A stretch of 64,000 bases of DNA from Tubiluchus corallicola (taxonomy: Eukaryota; Animalia; Priapulida), in contig JAQGDQ010000005.1 of the NCBI GenBank assembly GCA_030141605.1, positions 558,180-622,179 on the forward strand, in the 5' to 3' direction. Below are positions 1-31,969 of the stretch, piece by piece; the first letter of the stretch is position 1, and every line of letters starts with the position of its first letter. The notes beneath the pieces were generated by a model that saw only the letters and a program-made list of their open reading frames with translations, searched no databases and was not told where the DNA came from. The translations under genes and the position numbers were made by a program.

Positions 1-1161
1 CTCTGTAAAATAATGTTTGAAACATGCATCATCTTGCAAATAAAAAGATTTTCCAGTTTTTTTTTGCAAATCTAGCTTTTAGCTTACGAACACATCTTTA
101 TGAATGTTCATGTTTGTTCAGTTTAATGTCATTCTATTCCTTAGATTTATGTTATGCTAGATTATGTTAGATTGTATGTGCACCATGGAACAAATCTGTG
201 TTCATAAATGGGAATTTTGCACCGTGGTAACACAAATGATTTTGACTGCCGAATGTTGTAAATGTTTGTTCTCTTGTCAGATTAGAGACAATGTACAATA
301 TTTGTGTCCATTTTCCTAGCTTAAAAATTATTTTTGCGCAAGGTTTGTTTGCAAGATTTTCATGTGGGAATGCAGAGAGAAACCAGTGCTTGTTCATAAG
401 ATAATGACCGATGTTAATACGGCATGCGCACTTGCACGCTTTTCAATTGATTCTAGGGCTAAACTTGTCCTTTTGTTGTACGAGTACCCAAACCTGTATT
501 GCATGCTCCTTAACTGACTTACCAAACTAATGTAAACTTTGGTAAGCTAATATCTATCAAACTAATATAAACTTTGGTTAGCCCTATATATATGTATATA
601 TAGAACCTATGCATATGAAATGTAGATTCATATGAATGTTCCAGAACTTCACAATGAAAAATTAAGTTAAATATAGGCAAATTATTTTAGCAAGATGTTC
701 AGGATTGCTTCTGTGGTCGTACCTGGAAACAGCATCTAATTTCGCTAATTTTTAGTTATCTGTTACTTACTATCTACCTGTTACTTGCAAAAATTATTCA
801 TGAAGTTAGTGTGTTGCGAAGTGTTTAAGATGAACATCCTTATTCAGCAGCCCACTGTAGATGTTCATCGGCTTTAAGATGGACTTGCTAGGAGCACATG
901 TTAAATAACTTTGTGTCTATGGGTGTGTGCACTAAGCTTAATACAGGTGACTGTGCGCTATTTTAGGTGAGTGTACAGAAATTGTCAAGTGCAAGAATTA
1001 CATTAATGCCTACTATACCACCTGTTATGGGAAATTTACTACCCTTGGTTCTGCTTTGACCCTTTTCCTGTGCAGCGTTCTGTACGCATTACTTACTATT
1101 TACCACTAAATTACTAAGTTTTTATATGCATGTCTATATTTGCTGATATGAAATTTTTTAG

Positions 1162-4100
1162 TGAGATGTTGTTAGTTGACCCATCAGAATGGCACAGAGT
1201 CCGAGGAGCTCAGATGGTTCTCGCTATGAAACTCATTTCCTTGGGATTTGACATTGACCTCAACTGCTTACCATCAGAGCCAAACATTCTGGAGTTCTTT
1301 GCTTACTTATTCAATGTGGGAACCGTCATTTTCGGTCCATGGATCAACTTTACGGAATATATAAAGCTTTTGTATAGTCCTGGCTTCGTGAGTAATTGTC
1401 CATATTTAGGATTATCTTTATTAATAATAACTTTGACAAATTAGCAAAATGTGATATTTTGTTTTGATTTTAACAACTGTTATCATTATATAAGATGAGC
1501 CAACTAACAACATCGCTGTGAATACATAGTGAATACGAAGTAGAGTAATGCTGAGCCTAGTTTGTGAATTGGTGAGTGGTCGCTACATTTAGTACTCTCT
1601 TGATGATTTCATTTGTCATATGGATTCTGGTTATTTGCCTCATTGAGTTAAGATGCATATACATCCGAATTGCTGAGGAACCTCTGCCAATTCATTGTTT
1701 CATCTGAGAAGATTGTTATTGATACTGAAACACGTACCCATGCTGCTATAACTGTCCAGTTATCCTTATTTGCTGAATCCTGCTGATGTAGTGGAGTGCA
1801 GTACGGTAAATTAATTTAAGCAAATTCAGTATTGGTGATATAACAGCAATGTTTTATGTGTGTCCTCTGTTTGTGTTCCAGAGCTTATCGTGGATACTGA
1901 GAGTTATAAGAAGTCTTATACTAGCCTATCTGTGCCTTATTGTATCAGCGTGCCTAATTCACTGGCTATTGCCTAGCTATGGGCCGTGAGTATACATTTG
2001 TTTCTCATGATCTGGACATTCTACCAAAGAGGTATAGTTTACTGCCTGAGGTGAAAGAATCTTAATAGCTTTTCTTGATCTAAATGTCATTAAAAGTCAT
2101 ATGTATCAGTATGAGAGAAGGTTAAGCTAAATAACATTTTATTATCAATAGAAAAATTTCTGAGTAATCAGGGAGATACTATTCACACGTCATTAGCTAT
2201 AGCTATAGAAATTAATTGGGTTAGCAAACACACCTTCTAGCTTATTGCCACTCCATTTTTTATTTGATTTACTTGAAGATGTCCTGTGTATCAAGTCACG
2301 TTTGGCTTTTGGATTTTAAGCACATATTCAAGGACACCAATTACCTATCTTTATTTGGCTATATGTTATTATAAATTGTGTAAGTCTAATTGTCTGATTG
2401 CACAATTTGTGGCTTCACCCGTGAAACAAATGATCAAAACATTAAAAGGGCAGGATGCTGGGTAGGATGCCACAAGCACTTGCTATGCCACTGCTGTGGT
2501 AACATTAATTATTGCCCAACTTGTAATTTATCAGTTATTAATTAGAAAGTTCCAAGCTGCTCCAAAAATTTAAACTTGATGCCTAAAATGTGATAAATCG
2601 TAACACTGACATGATAACATCATCAGACTGAAAAAAATGGTGCATCAAACACTGACAAGCAAGCAAACAAACAAATACAGCTTATCTCGCTGTCATGTCT
2701 TTTGCCTTATAGGCTGACAATCATGTTAACGCACTTGAGTGATGAGTGAATGAAGGCATAAAGTAACAATTGACTTACAACTCGATTGATATCATCACTA
2801 TATCAGACTAATTTAGATACTTTAAATTGTAAATTGGATTCTATAATTAATTAGATCATTTTTATGCATTTATTGTGTTAACACTGGATATTGTTTTTTG
2901 GAACTTTTAGTTTATAAAAACCTGCAGTTGCTGCTGATTTTTCATTTCCTGTGACCACATTAAACATTAATATTTAGCAACTGCTGGCAACTAAAATTAA
3001 TAAATTTTCTTCTAAAAAAACAAAATTAATATTCAAAAACGTTTGCCCCATCTCTAGCATTAAATTCCTGTTTTTCTTCTTTGAACATTTTTGCACATTG
3101 TGAGTATGAAGTAAAGTTTTCATTGGTAAATCATTCTGATTTGTTGTGTTATGTTCTTCCTATGTAGCCTGGTAAAGCTTTTAATTAATTAATGGTTTTT
3201 CTTTCAGTTGGTGGACAGCTTACAAAGATGCACAATCATTCAGATTTAGTCACTATTTTATCTGTTACATTTCTGAAACCACAATGATTACTTCGGGCTT
3301 GGGAGCAAGAGTAAACACTGATGACAAAATACAATGGTGAGCCATGGTGTGCCATTGATAAATACACACATGATTTTGTGTGTTATATGCTGCTGGTACT
3401 GTAACCTGCATTTACAAGATAACAGCACTTTTTACTTGTTTTAGGGAATTTTCCGTTGTAAATCCATTTCACATAGAGCTTCCACGTTCTCTAGTTGATG
3501 TTGTGACTTGGTGGAATGTGCCTATGCATAACTGGCTTAAAACTTGTGAGTAAATGTAATGGCATTTTTTTTCTATTCAGAGTACTGACATGGTGCAAAA
3601 TTGACCTCAGATGGTTACGTTAAAATACTTTACATACATATTTTGGATTCAGTTTGACTTCCAGGTAGAAAATTCTCACCCGTTGTCGTTATTTGTTACT
3701 TTGGTAATTATTGAAAAATGTAAAGTTATAAAATAAGTATTAACCTTTTTTTAAAATAATTACATTTAAATTGTGTTCTAATAATTTTCATCATTAGAGT
3801 TGACTTTTTAAAACTAAAATAAGCTTCTTGTTTTGCAAAATGGAGAATGCTTAATGATTGATACAGTTTATAAACAATTGGGTATTTTCTGCATCTTTTG
3901 ATCATGATGTATTTTTGATCTGAAAGATGATTTTTGTTGAAGGAATAACTATGTTAAAGAACAAATCTCATTAAGTCAAATTACTTTTTTTGGGGGTCAC
4001 TTGTTTTGTAATTTCACCAATGGTTTAACATTTATAGATGTATTTAAGACAGCGAGGCCATTAGGAACCTTTTTTGCTGTACTACTCACGTACGCTGCTA

Positions 4101-5718
4101 GTTCATTACTACATGTAAGTCTTTTCTACATTTCTAAACTTCATCATTAAACCATATGATAACCAGTGATTAAATTCTTAAGTAATGTTTCTTACACTGT
4201 ATTTGGTCAAATGTGCATCATAACCTGGATTTGCATTTATGATTTCTTATGTGCATGGCCATCTGCCACTTGAACAAAAAGCTGTCATATTTCATGGGAC
4301 AAAATCAACACTTTCACTTTAATCTGGAAGATCATAGAGCTCATTAGTGAAATCACTAAATTAAGTAGGTCTCTGAAATAGCTTAGATTTCTTATATTTA
4401 ACTATAGAAATATTCTATAGGCTATAGTCAAGCATAACGCCTTCACTAGATTTACAGGTACCTTACAAACCAGATTGCTATCGAATAAGAACTTATTTAC
4501 AAAAAATTAATTATAATTTGTTTCCGTTAATACTTAGAACGTGTCAATTCATAATTTGGTATTTTTCAGGGAATTAACTTTCAGTTAGCTGCTGTGTTAT
4601 TGTCGCTAGGTTTCTACTCTTATATTGAACACGGTAATTATCATAATGTTACCTAGAGTCAGACTCTTGTTACAAAACATAGTAATACTCCATTAAGATT
4701 CCTGATACATGTATGGTTTGATGTAAAATGATGTAAGTTTTTGTTTCCACTTTACAAATTTTGCAAACTCAGATTAACTTTTTGTTTCTCAGACTTCAGT
4801 CAAAGCCAAAAACTTATTTTATAAATTTTGCTGATGTGTGACCACTAGAATGGCCTTTGAGATGCACTGCACACTTTTAAAGGTGCATGAGAGTTTTGTG
4901 TCACAAATATATGGTATACTATGAAACTAAAAAACAGTGGCAGCATATTATATCTTGTTACAGTAAAGTGGTCTGGTATAATGCATTTCTACAGTTTTGA
5001 TTGTTAATACTGTGTGTTATTTACAGTTTTACGAGAAAAGCTGTCGGTATATTTTCATGCGTGTATACAAGCCAAAGCTTGCAAAAAGGAATGTAGCCAT
5101 GACTACAAGAAGTCTCATCCATATGTGATCATCACTAATGTAGCATTCACTGCTCTCTCCGTGTGGCATCTAGCTTACCTAGGATTCATGTTTGATAGCA
5201 GTCCTGAACAAGAACAAAAGGTAATTTACTGGGCTGCAAAGAGAAATTTGGTGGATTTTGGGCCATTTGAACATGTTCAGCTATCAGCCAAACACGCCAT
5301 CAAATGACATCATTCAGTTTTAAGATTATAACAGAACAATTAGCTGCTTTGTCTTTTTTTTTGTTGTACAGAAGTCACAACGCTGACAGCTACAAAGAAT
5401 ATTTTGATTTCTCATATAGCTAATAAGTTAATAACTGTCTTTCAACATTCTAGTGGCAATCTTGATAGCCATGTTGGACCTAGTGCTAATATATAATGTT
5501 TAATTATCTGTTCTTCTTTATTCCATGTCGTTCACTCTAGACAAAATTAGCAGGCCTAACAGCTAGGACCTAGTTGCTCACTATTTAATTTGTTATTAAT
5601 GCATAGTTTTTTTTCATAGGGTTACAGTATGAGTCATACACTGGAGAAGTGGTCGAATTTAAACTATCTTAGTCACTGGGTTGCAGGATGTACATATATT
5701 TTTTACTTACTAATATAG
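1162..5718 (+). CDS. PORCN: Porcupine protein-serine O-palmitoleoyltransferase (MBOAT family), 5'-partial; 8 exons in window
   Basis: GT-AG exons with consistent phases: 1162-1387, 1882-1985, 3208-3336, 3445-3545, 4038-4114, 4570-4633, 5027-5220, 5620-5718 (TAG). Translation gives [85 protein letters not shown] (catalytic His codon 4112-4114), HLAYLG and KWSNLNYLSHW, all characteristic of Porcupine. The N-terminal exons were not found and presumably lie upstream of the window. Confidence 0.95.
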
Positions 5719-5731
5719 CATGTCAGATTTA

Positions 5732-6028
5732 AGGTTTTCCTTGCAAGTACTTATCTCCGGTGAAGCTGAAATGAAGTTCAAATTAAAATGATTTGATAAT
5801 CGTGGTTATTTGTCACAAAGTTGTTTATGCTGTGTGCCTTTGAAAATTCTTATAATAGAACGTAACATGAGTATACATCAGGTTTTTCTTGCAAGTACTT
5901 CTCTCCAGTGAAACTGAAATGAAGTTCAAATTAAAATGATTTGATAATCGTGGTTATTTGTCACAAAGTTGTTTATGCCGTGTGCCTTTGAAAATTCTTA
6001 TAATAGAATGTAACATGAGTGTGCATCA
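5732..6028. repeat. Tandem duplication, two copies of a ~148-bp unit, in the PORCN 3' region
   Basis: aggttttccttgcaagtactt...taacatgagtatacatc starts at 5732 and recurs near-identically at 5880. Short ~20-bp sub-repeats (taacatgagt..catca) continue to ~6065. Confidence 0.9.
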
Positions 6029-6249
6029 TTTAACATGAGTATACATCACGTAACATTGTGTGCATTTAAAATGCTACATGTTGAATCAAAGAGATCCATC
6101 TTATATAATATGAATTTACATAATTATGTCTAAACATTATAAGTAGTTTTTCTGTTACTCTATTTTTGCATCATCTCTATCAGCCACTTTTAGTTGGACC
6201 ATATATTAAATGTGCCTTAACAAAATGTAATGGAAACAATGAACTTCTG

Positions 6250-7350
6250 TTGAATGTTAGCCTGCAACTGGCAGAATTTTTTCCGAATTCAAACACCTTG
6301 ATATATTGTGCCTAAATCTTATACCATTTTTATAATGCATATAAAGTTTGTGTTCTTTGTAATAAGTACAATCATTGGTTAACTGGGGCCACTATAGTGC
6401 ATGAAGTGAGTTATAATACATGTAATGAATTAGTGATGCACTTCGTACTGTACTGTGTATTATCTGGCACATGTTTAAACATGGTTTTTTATTAAGTTTG
6501 GAATAAATTTTTCCAAAAAAGATTTTTTCGTATGCTTTTGTAAATGCACTATGATGTTCTGTGCAACAGTCGGAATAATGGTGCGTCTTTATGAACACAG
6601 AAATTCAATTAGCACCATTCACATTGATAACAGGTGTTAGAACTGTACAGCCAAATGAATGGTAGTGAAAAATTAATTACTGTTATTAGACTGGTTGCAT
6701 ATATTTCCAAAATAACATTATATAAGTGAATCCACTTGTTTAATTTCTCAAACAAAATTACACATTCTGCAAAATGCCCTATGCATTAATTAACCGTCAC
6801 CTTTGTCAAAAATTTGATTTAAAGACCATCTAACACGTGAGACATTTTATAATCAGCATGCAGCCCTCAGCTATTACTGTTAAGCTTCTCATGTTGAGAG
6901 CTTGCCTTTATTAAAGAAGGATCTCTGAATGCTTCAAGTTAAATTTCTGATGTCGTTTAAAAAGAGCAAGTGCAATATTATTTATGAGAAAAGCAACAAA
7001 ACAATGATGATCTAAGACAAATGAGGTATTTTCTAATAAATATTATTTTTTAACAATTAGGTATTTTCTCTTTACTCTTGAAACATATAAAAACATAAAA
7101 ACATGGCAGTTGTATTTGGCTTCCTCAAAATTCAAGAGTCTTATTTCACACAACTTCTCTTCTTCGTGGTAATGTGTTTATGTCATCAAATGGAAGGCTG
7201 TAACACATGGGTGTGATAAAAATACAAATAAATTGTAATTTATGATTACAATACTTGATATTTAAGCACTACATTCAGATTTTGTCAGATTGACCTCTTC
7301 AATGTTAAGTTAAATTGGCACTTCTAAGTTCTAAGTCCTTCCAGCTTGAA
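6250..7350 (-). mobile_element. Possible highly degraded DNA-transposon transposase remnant (Sola-like)
   Basis: Near 6760-6815 the minus strand reads tttttgacaaaggtgacggttaattaatgcatagggcattttgcagaatg. With frameshifts allowed, this resembles the Sola motif F.x.GHS..CDR.F...E. An upstream NYNL.F...C-like segment lies near 7200-7250. There are many stops and no terminal inverted repeats (TIRs) were identified. Confidence 0.3.
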
Positions 7351-8260
7351 CCTAAATAAATAATTATTAAACTCGGTTTGTATCGAAGGCTCAAAGCCTA
7401 TTATTAGTAACGCCGCCATACATCAGTAAAAAATCACGTGAAACGCTGAAAGCAAAAAAATCTTGGTCCTGCTGTGCAGATGAGCTGGAAATCACAGAAC
7501 GATTCCTGAGCGTAACATTGGTGCGCCTCTTTCGATTGTATTTGTGAAGCATGATTATTTTTTGCAAAATAAGAGAAAGAACGTTTTTTGCATGGTTTTT
7601 CCTGTGTATGATGGTAACACGTTGGTCTAATAATCTGTTGTGTTTTTATTTATGTATTTATCTTAATTTTAGGAGAAATTATTTATCACTATAGATTATA
7701 TTTACATTAAAGGAAAACGGAATCCATATTATTATTATAATATTATTAATAAGTGGTTAAGCTCACCGCAAAAGTTCAATATAATTTATTTGATAACAGT
7801 TCACGTGTAAAGAGTGCAAATTTTTACAAGATAGCAAATGATGAATGATAGTCTATGTATGTAAACTGTATAATTATCTGACAATAAATACCATAATTAC
7901 AAGTATTAAACTATTATTACAAAGTAAACATGAGCACTAGAACATGTTTTTAATTTTAATGATTTGTCATGAAGTGATCTCCTGAAAAGTGGATAAGAGG
8001 TCAATAAAGTTAAAAATTAATATTGAAGGCGGTTCATAATTTCAGTTATCGCTTTCGCAAACCATCAAACACGTGTGAAACACGGGCTCATGGACCATTG
8101 CTACCTTGCATAATTATGTTTAACTGTGACGACATTGTCTGCCACACCGGCTATTAATTAAGCTTTTAAGCTATTATTTAATGATCAGAAACACTTTGGC
8201 AATGTTCCAGATGTTACTTTTTACCATATCCAAATAGGGCATGTATTATAATATTAATAA

Positions 8261-8944
8261 CTAGCAAAGACCCCGCAAAAAATTTTGCACATAAATACAC
8301 TTATAATCAAAAATACGCGAACATCCTTCATAGTCCTCACTTATAATGCAAAGCCTGTAGCAGCTTTTACTGAATTAAAATTCCAGGCAAAATATAATGG
8401 ATGACGTCAGAACAATGGCTTTGCGTCAGCAGTTTTCCAACCGAAAATTGCCAAAAATAGAACATCTAATTAACTCGTCGGCACTCCTCTTGTCCAACTT
8501 GTCCTAAAATATAACCCACATCATCGTGTAGCCCTGTTCTTCCTCTTTCTAAAGAGCCATATATCTCCTTCCGAGAGTCACAGTAAGCGCCGCTAGAACG
8601 TTTTTTCCGCATACTGTTTGGTCAAAATTTCGAAAAAATCGCGAGCTGGGTACTGGAAAACGTCTGTTACGAGACGCCGCGACCCTCTGACAAATTCTAA
8701 ATACGCCTACTTCACCCACCGCTGAACGTGCTATCTATCCATGGTTGGCACCGCCCCCAGCCTGTAGTCGTTCTTCAGAAATAAGAGGTAATAGTTTTGC
8801 AAAAAATGGCCGAAAAATATATCCCTCCGATGGGCCCGATATATAGATCGCCGCAAGTGGTGCCACCGTCGGAGCTGTAGCCTCGAATCTATACGTGTGT
8901 GTATATATATATATATATATATACCAGCGAAATTAATATATAGA
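8261..8944 (-). mobile_element. Non-autonomous Helitron-like element
   Basis: On the minus strand it starts A|TC (plus 8943-8945) and ends CTAG|T (plus 8260-8264). A small hairpin (gcaaaa-aa-ttttgc) lies ~12-25 bp from the CTAG end. There is no TSD, the body is GC-richer than the flanks, and it contains an internal (TA)n tract. Confidence 0.62.
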
Positions 8945-9025
8945 TATTAGAATGATTATTCGTGTCCTGCCCTATTCGGATATGGTAAAAATTGGTACTA
9001 CATCAGCTAACTCACACGGTAAATC

Positions 9026-9069
9026 AGCTAACTCGGCTGAATTTGACTGACTTTTCAGCTGAGTTAGCT
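9026..9069. repeat. Inverted repeat (16-bp arms, 12-nt loop)
   Basis: agctaactcggctgaa (9026-9041) pairs with ttcagctgagttagct (9054-9069) at 15/16. A direct copy of tcagctaactc sits at 9003. Confidence 0.75.
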
Positions 9070-10513
9070 AAAGCTGCGAATTTTTGTTAACTAAATAAAC
9101 GATAAATTGTTAGTTAACTGCTTATACACAGAAAAAAGTTGATGTATAAATTCAAATAATGCAATAGAGATCAGTTTTTTATTATTATAAAAAAGCAATG
9201 GATTTATTATTATTATGTTTACCGACGAATCAATACCGAAACACCAAAATTATCCCATATGTGTGACTAACATTGCTTATTTGTATTTAATTTTGAATTG
9301 ACCAGCTTTCTCATTCAAAAATATATAAAGTTTAGTATCTCTACCGGCACACGCAATCTGATCACGTTTGCTATATTTCAACCAGTGGTTTCATCATCAT
9401 CATAAGCCTGTTATGTCAATTGTAGACATTGGGCAGACAGAATTCTAAAATAAAAGAAATCTGCACTCAAGACAGGTGAACACATCAGTAATCCAACGAA
9501 AAACTAGACACTCCTAGTGCCAGTGGCTTGTTCGCAAGAATGAAAATCATTGTAGCTGGCAAAAATTTTGGCTAGCTCAACTACCATCGCTGAGCAGTTG
9601 GCGCGACTACAGCTGGGTTTCTTATGGACTAGGTTGACTGGAGAAATAAACCGGCGGGAGCTTAGCTGAAACAGCGCTGCTCTGGCCTCTAGTTATTACT
9701 GTTGGCTTTTCATGACTAACTCCCCAGCAATGACTGGCATCTACACTATCGTTAGCAAATGCATTACTGGCAAAATGGCACAAAAAGTTCCCAAGACAAA
9801 AGAAAAATTGTTTATACAACCCGTGACGAGCGATGGGGACTTCTAATTGGACAACAAGTTTCTGTTCACGTTTCAATAATTAACCCATATTTAATTTTCG
9901 CATGATTAGTTTTCAAGACGGTTCTTCGTTATATTAATCATGTCCAGCAATCGCAGTATCTGTAATAATGTATTATGTATTGTTTTTCGCATAAGTTGGA
10001 CTACACAAAGATAGTAAATTTTGTGGCTAATATTGAAACAGTTGTCAGCAGAATTGGTAAGGCCAAATAAATAACTTGATAAAGTTATTTAAAATGTGTA
10101 TTTAAAAACTACATAGGAATTAAAAATTTAACGCAATTCTTGTTGGTCTTTACATGGTTAAATTTCCATATTTTGCTTCTGTATTAAACGTTTGCTGATC
10201 ATTGATCAAGTCAGATCAGTCTACTCTTTCGAACTTAAAGAACATGCAACTGTATAGTTAGCACCTGTGTCAGTTAAATTGTGTTTGCTTTGTGTTATGT
10301 AAGAATAATTTTTTGTAAATTTGTAAATGTGGATTATCTATACATGTACATCTATACATCTTTTGTACACTATATATATATAGTAAGATATAGTTTACAC
10401 AAGTTAATTTTTGTTTAAATTACAACTTGTTTTTTTTTTGTTTCTAGGCAAACAGCACGATTAACATCAATAACATGATGTTAGCCATCATCGTCATCCT
10501 GCTTTGAATTACT

Positions 10514-28351
<17,838 letters not shown>

Positions 28352-29700
28352 CTGCTGGGGATTACTTATTACAAATGTTTGTTTTATTGTGCAATTTTTG
28401 CATTAGATTTTCTGTATTTTTACAATGACTAATTTAATGCATTAAATTTGGCTGTTTTGCCATAATACTATGCTTTAGAGTAGAATCAGTCTAACTAAAG
28501 GGATGTTATCAGTGCGTACGAGATTATTATGAATGAACACTTCTTCCAGTATTAAAAACATAAACCATCTCTTCTCTTTACTTCTGCATTATGCTTCAGC
28601 TAATAGTAAGTTTATTCACTACATGAATTTAATGGATCTTTTTTGTATTTATAGTAAATGGAATTGAATTTTTTCTATGACTAGCTTTTTATTGCTAGTT
28701 TTTCTAATTTATTTGTATTTATTGGTATTTGTATAAAATTTTGACGAATTATTTTGACACTGTCTTGTTTTACCAGAAGTATTATTAATTACAAATACAT
28801 TCTACCAAAGTATTATTCTGATAGCCAGGGTGCTTATCTTTCCTTGCAGAAACAAAAACTCTGAGCAGTGAAAGTCATATGAGCAACCCAAAATGGTCTT
28901 GCTAAGTGTATTGCAATACTTCATATTTATATAACTTTCGTTATTATTTTATTTATACATACTTTCAATTTTTTAACCAGATTTGCTTTAGGCATTATAG
29001 ATCACACATGTCATTCAAAACACTGTGGTTATGTGAATATTTATACTGACAGCGCATTTAATCAACATTCACGTTTGTTGATATCAAGCAGTTCTTAATT
29101 TCAGTCAGAGTCAAATTGAATGGCTACTAAGAATAGGCACGTGTGACACACCAGTGACACCTTGAAGGCCCATTGCTGATGTGAGCTAAATGCATGTAAA
29201 TCTTCTAAAAAAAAGTTATTGAATCTTTAGTGCATAACAAAATTTTTCTGGAGTTACGTAAATTAATTAGAAATTTAATTTAAATGCACTACAATTTACG
29301 AATGTAAAATAATCTATGTGAGTCAGTTTTTTTTTGAAAAAGATGCAACATTACAGTAATACTCCTTTTCCTTGTCATTAAATTGGCAAACGAGAGAAAA
29401 TCGTTGTACAGAATTTAAACCTTTACATTTATTCTTCTGTCCTTAATTCCTGACTATCTGGCAATATTATTCCATATTACTTCACTGCTGCCATTTTTAA
29501 CAAGTTTTGTTTTTTATTTGCTAATTTTTAAATTTATTTCTTTGACACACGTACTAGAACTTTTGAACACAAAATTGTTAGGAGGATCCCTTTGGCAAGT
29601 GGTGACTTGCTATAAATTGCTGACATTTCAACTCTGAATGTATGGTGAATGAGTCTTTTGAATGACAATGTGTTAAGTCACCTGTGGTGAACAGGATGCT

Positions 29701-29801
29701 ACACCTTGGCCAAAATTTAAATTGTTTTAGTAAATATCTTTAGTAAATGTCACATTTTGCCTATAAACTTGCTAAATTTGGCATCGCCATTTTTACTTAA
29801 C
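29701..29801. repeat. Dispersed ~100-bp direct repeat, copy 1 (copy 2 at 32166-32265)
   Basis: acacctt..caaaatttaaattgttttagtaaatatct.tagtaaatgtca.attttgc..aaacttgctaaatttgg.atcgcc.tttta is present at both positions. Confidence 0.85.
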
Positions 29802-30401
29802 TTATTTTTTTCTTTCTGGTCACAAAATTTTTACATTAACATAGTTCTCTAGCATACGCTATGTGACAAAGTTGCGATTGAAACACAGAACTGCATTATG
29901 TACTGAATTTCTTTTGACACAGTATCTACGATTGTATATTAAGTCTGAGAAGGTAAAGTCGGGTTATCACCACGTGAATTCATGTCAATGGGAGTGGGTA
30001 AATTTTCGTATGACTTTGATACTACAATTATTGTTTGCTATAGTCTGTTATATCTTTTAATAAATGATTACTGTTGGAAATGATGTAAAGCGAGTTTGTA
30101 ATGTATGTTGCGTAATTCATCAAAATCATGTTACTATGCATTTATGTTACTGGCTGAGCTTTTAAATAACTATGGAGCAAATCAGGGTGAAATCAAGGAG
30201 ATTTTTTTCTTTTACAAGCCTCATCGGTAAAAAACCGCAATGTACACGTGTTACCGGTTCTGTAACACATTAAAGTTGCAAAGAAGTCAAGGTACGGGCA
30301 AAAATGTACTGCATTGTTTTGCATTTTAATCTATTGGCACATTAGCAAACCAAAAATATTAAGCAAATGTACTTGCATATGTATTATAAAGTGCAGAAGT
30401 A

Positions 30402-30524
30402 ATTAAAACTGAAGAATGTGTCATGACAATTTATGCAAGGCAAAAAAGCAGGAAAAATTTATTAAAACTGAAGAATGTGTCATGAAAATTTATGCAAGGC
30501 AAAAAAGCAGGAAAAATTTATTAA
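30402..30524. repeat. Tandem repeat, two copies of a 59-bp unit
   Basis: attaaaactgaagaatgtgtcatga(c/a)aatttatgcaaggcaaaaaagcaggaaaaattt starts at 30402 and 30461. Confidence 0.92.
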
Positions 30525-31969
30525 GTACTTCGCTCAAGTGAAAATTGTTAAGTACCATTTCCATCTACCAGTGCCGTTGTCCATCTACATGTGTATGTAC
30601 TGAAACAATTGTGACTATTCTATTGGCATTGTAAGTTTGTACGTTTTAGATGTTTCTCCATTTCTAGACTTTGGAGTTCAGTATTAAGATCACTGTAACA
30701 ACCAGTTACAACAAATGCTAAGAAAGCTTTACATTCATTATCCCATTATTCCTAGGTTGTTGTCGCTTTTGAGAAAATACCATGTTGCATTTAAAACTTA
30801 TGTCCCACAACATTAAGTGCATTACAAAGGAGTGGGTAGATTTTAATGTTTTGTTTACACTGCACAATTTATTTGAGATTTTTGTTGGTACGTATTTTTC
30901 ACTTAATGCTCCATATTGAAAAGTGTAACTTCCAACTTTAAATTGCATCTTTGTGTAAATTTCAGGTGGAAATTTATCAGTCATTCACTGAAGTAAAGTG
31001 TATAGTTTTGGCACATAACTACTTTATCTATGGGTTACCAATTTGGAGTACTGTGAGTTTCAATATTACATTTTTTTATAATAGGTCGATCCTTGTAGCT
31101 TGAGATCAAACTTCGGTGTTATACGTATACGTGGATTCAAAATAACAAAAAGTGGTGGATGCTTTTGTTTTATTTTCCCATTAGTTATTACATTGTTACA
31201 TTAAATATTACATTATCATTACATTAATTGGACTTGTTCAACATGCTGTAGCTGTCACAGCAATATTATTCTTGGATACCATTGCAGCAATCATATTTTC
31301 AGCCTCGTCATCATGAAAGCTTTCTTTTCCATGTAGCTGCAATTATTTGGTCCAGTTGATATTATCCCAAATTTTTGTGTTAAGTGAATTTGCAGCAAAA
31401 ACAACGGATAATTTAACCAGTAAATGTTCACCTGAGTGCGTTATCAGGTGAGTTGTTTCAGTTTCTGTAGTAGATAACTCAGTATACTGATTTGTGCAAA
31501 AATTGATACAACAGACCTTCGACGACAAAATCATTATTAAAATATTCCTAAGTGTTTCAAAATTAAAAACAGGTTGCAACACTTGATATATGCTGTGTTT
31601 GCAATGGACCGTTCTGCTATTTGGTGCATAAGATGGGAGAGTGCGGGGGGGGGGGGGTTTGAGAGAAAGAGAAAAAGGTGAGACGGAGGGGAGAGGGTAA
31701 GGATCAGAGTACATTAGAACTGTCCACTACTTTTTTCATTATGCTACAGAGGCAAGCCTACAAAACTCTTTCCAAATACGTTTAGGCCTATATTCCTCCT
31801 GAACAAATGACCATTAATTAAATTTTGTCTCAAATTTGGAACATTTTAACTTCTAGCGATTTGGAACTTAATATTTACATGAATTTGCAATCAGTCTACC
31901 GGAAATTAAAAGATTTAGAACTACTGTATAATTAAGTTTTCCACCAAAGTAGTTTCCCAATAGAAACAT

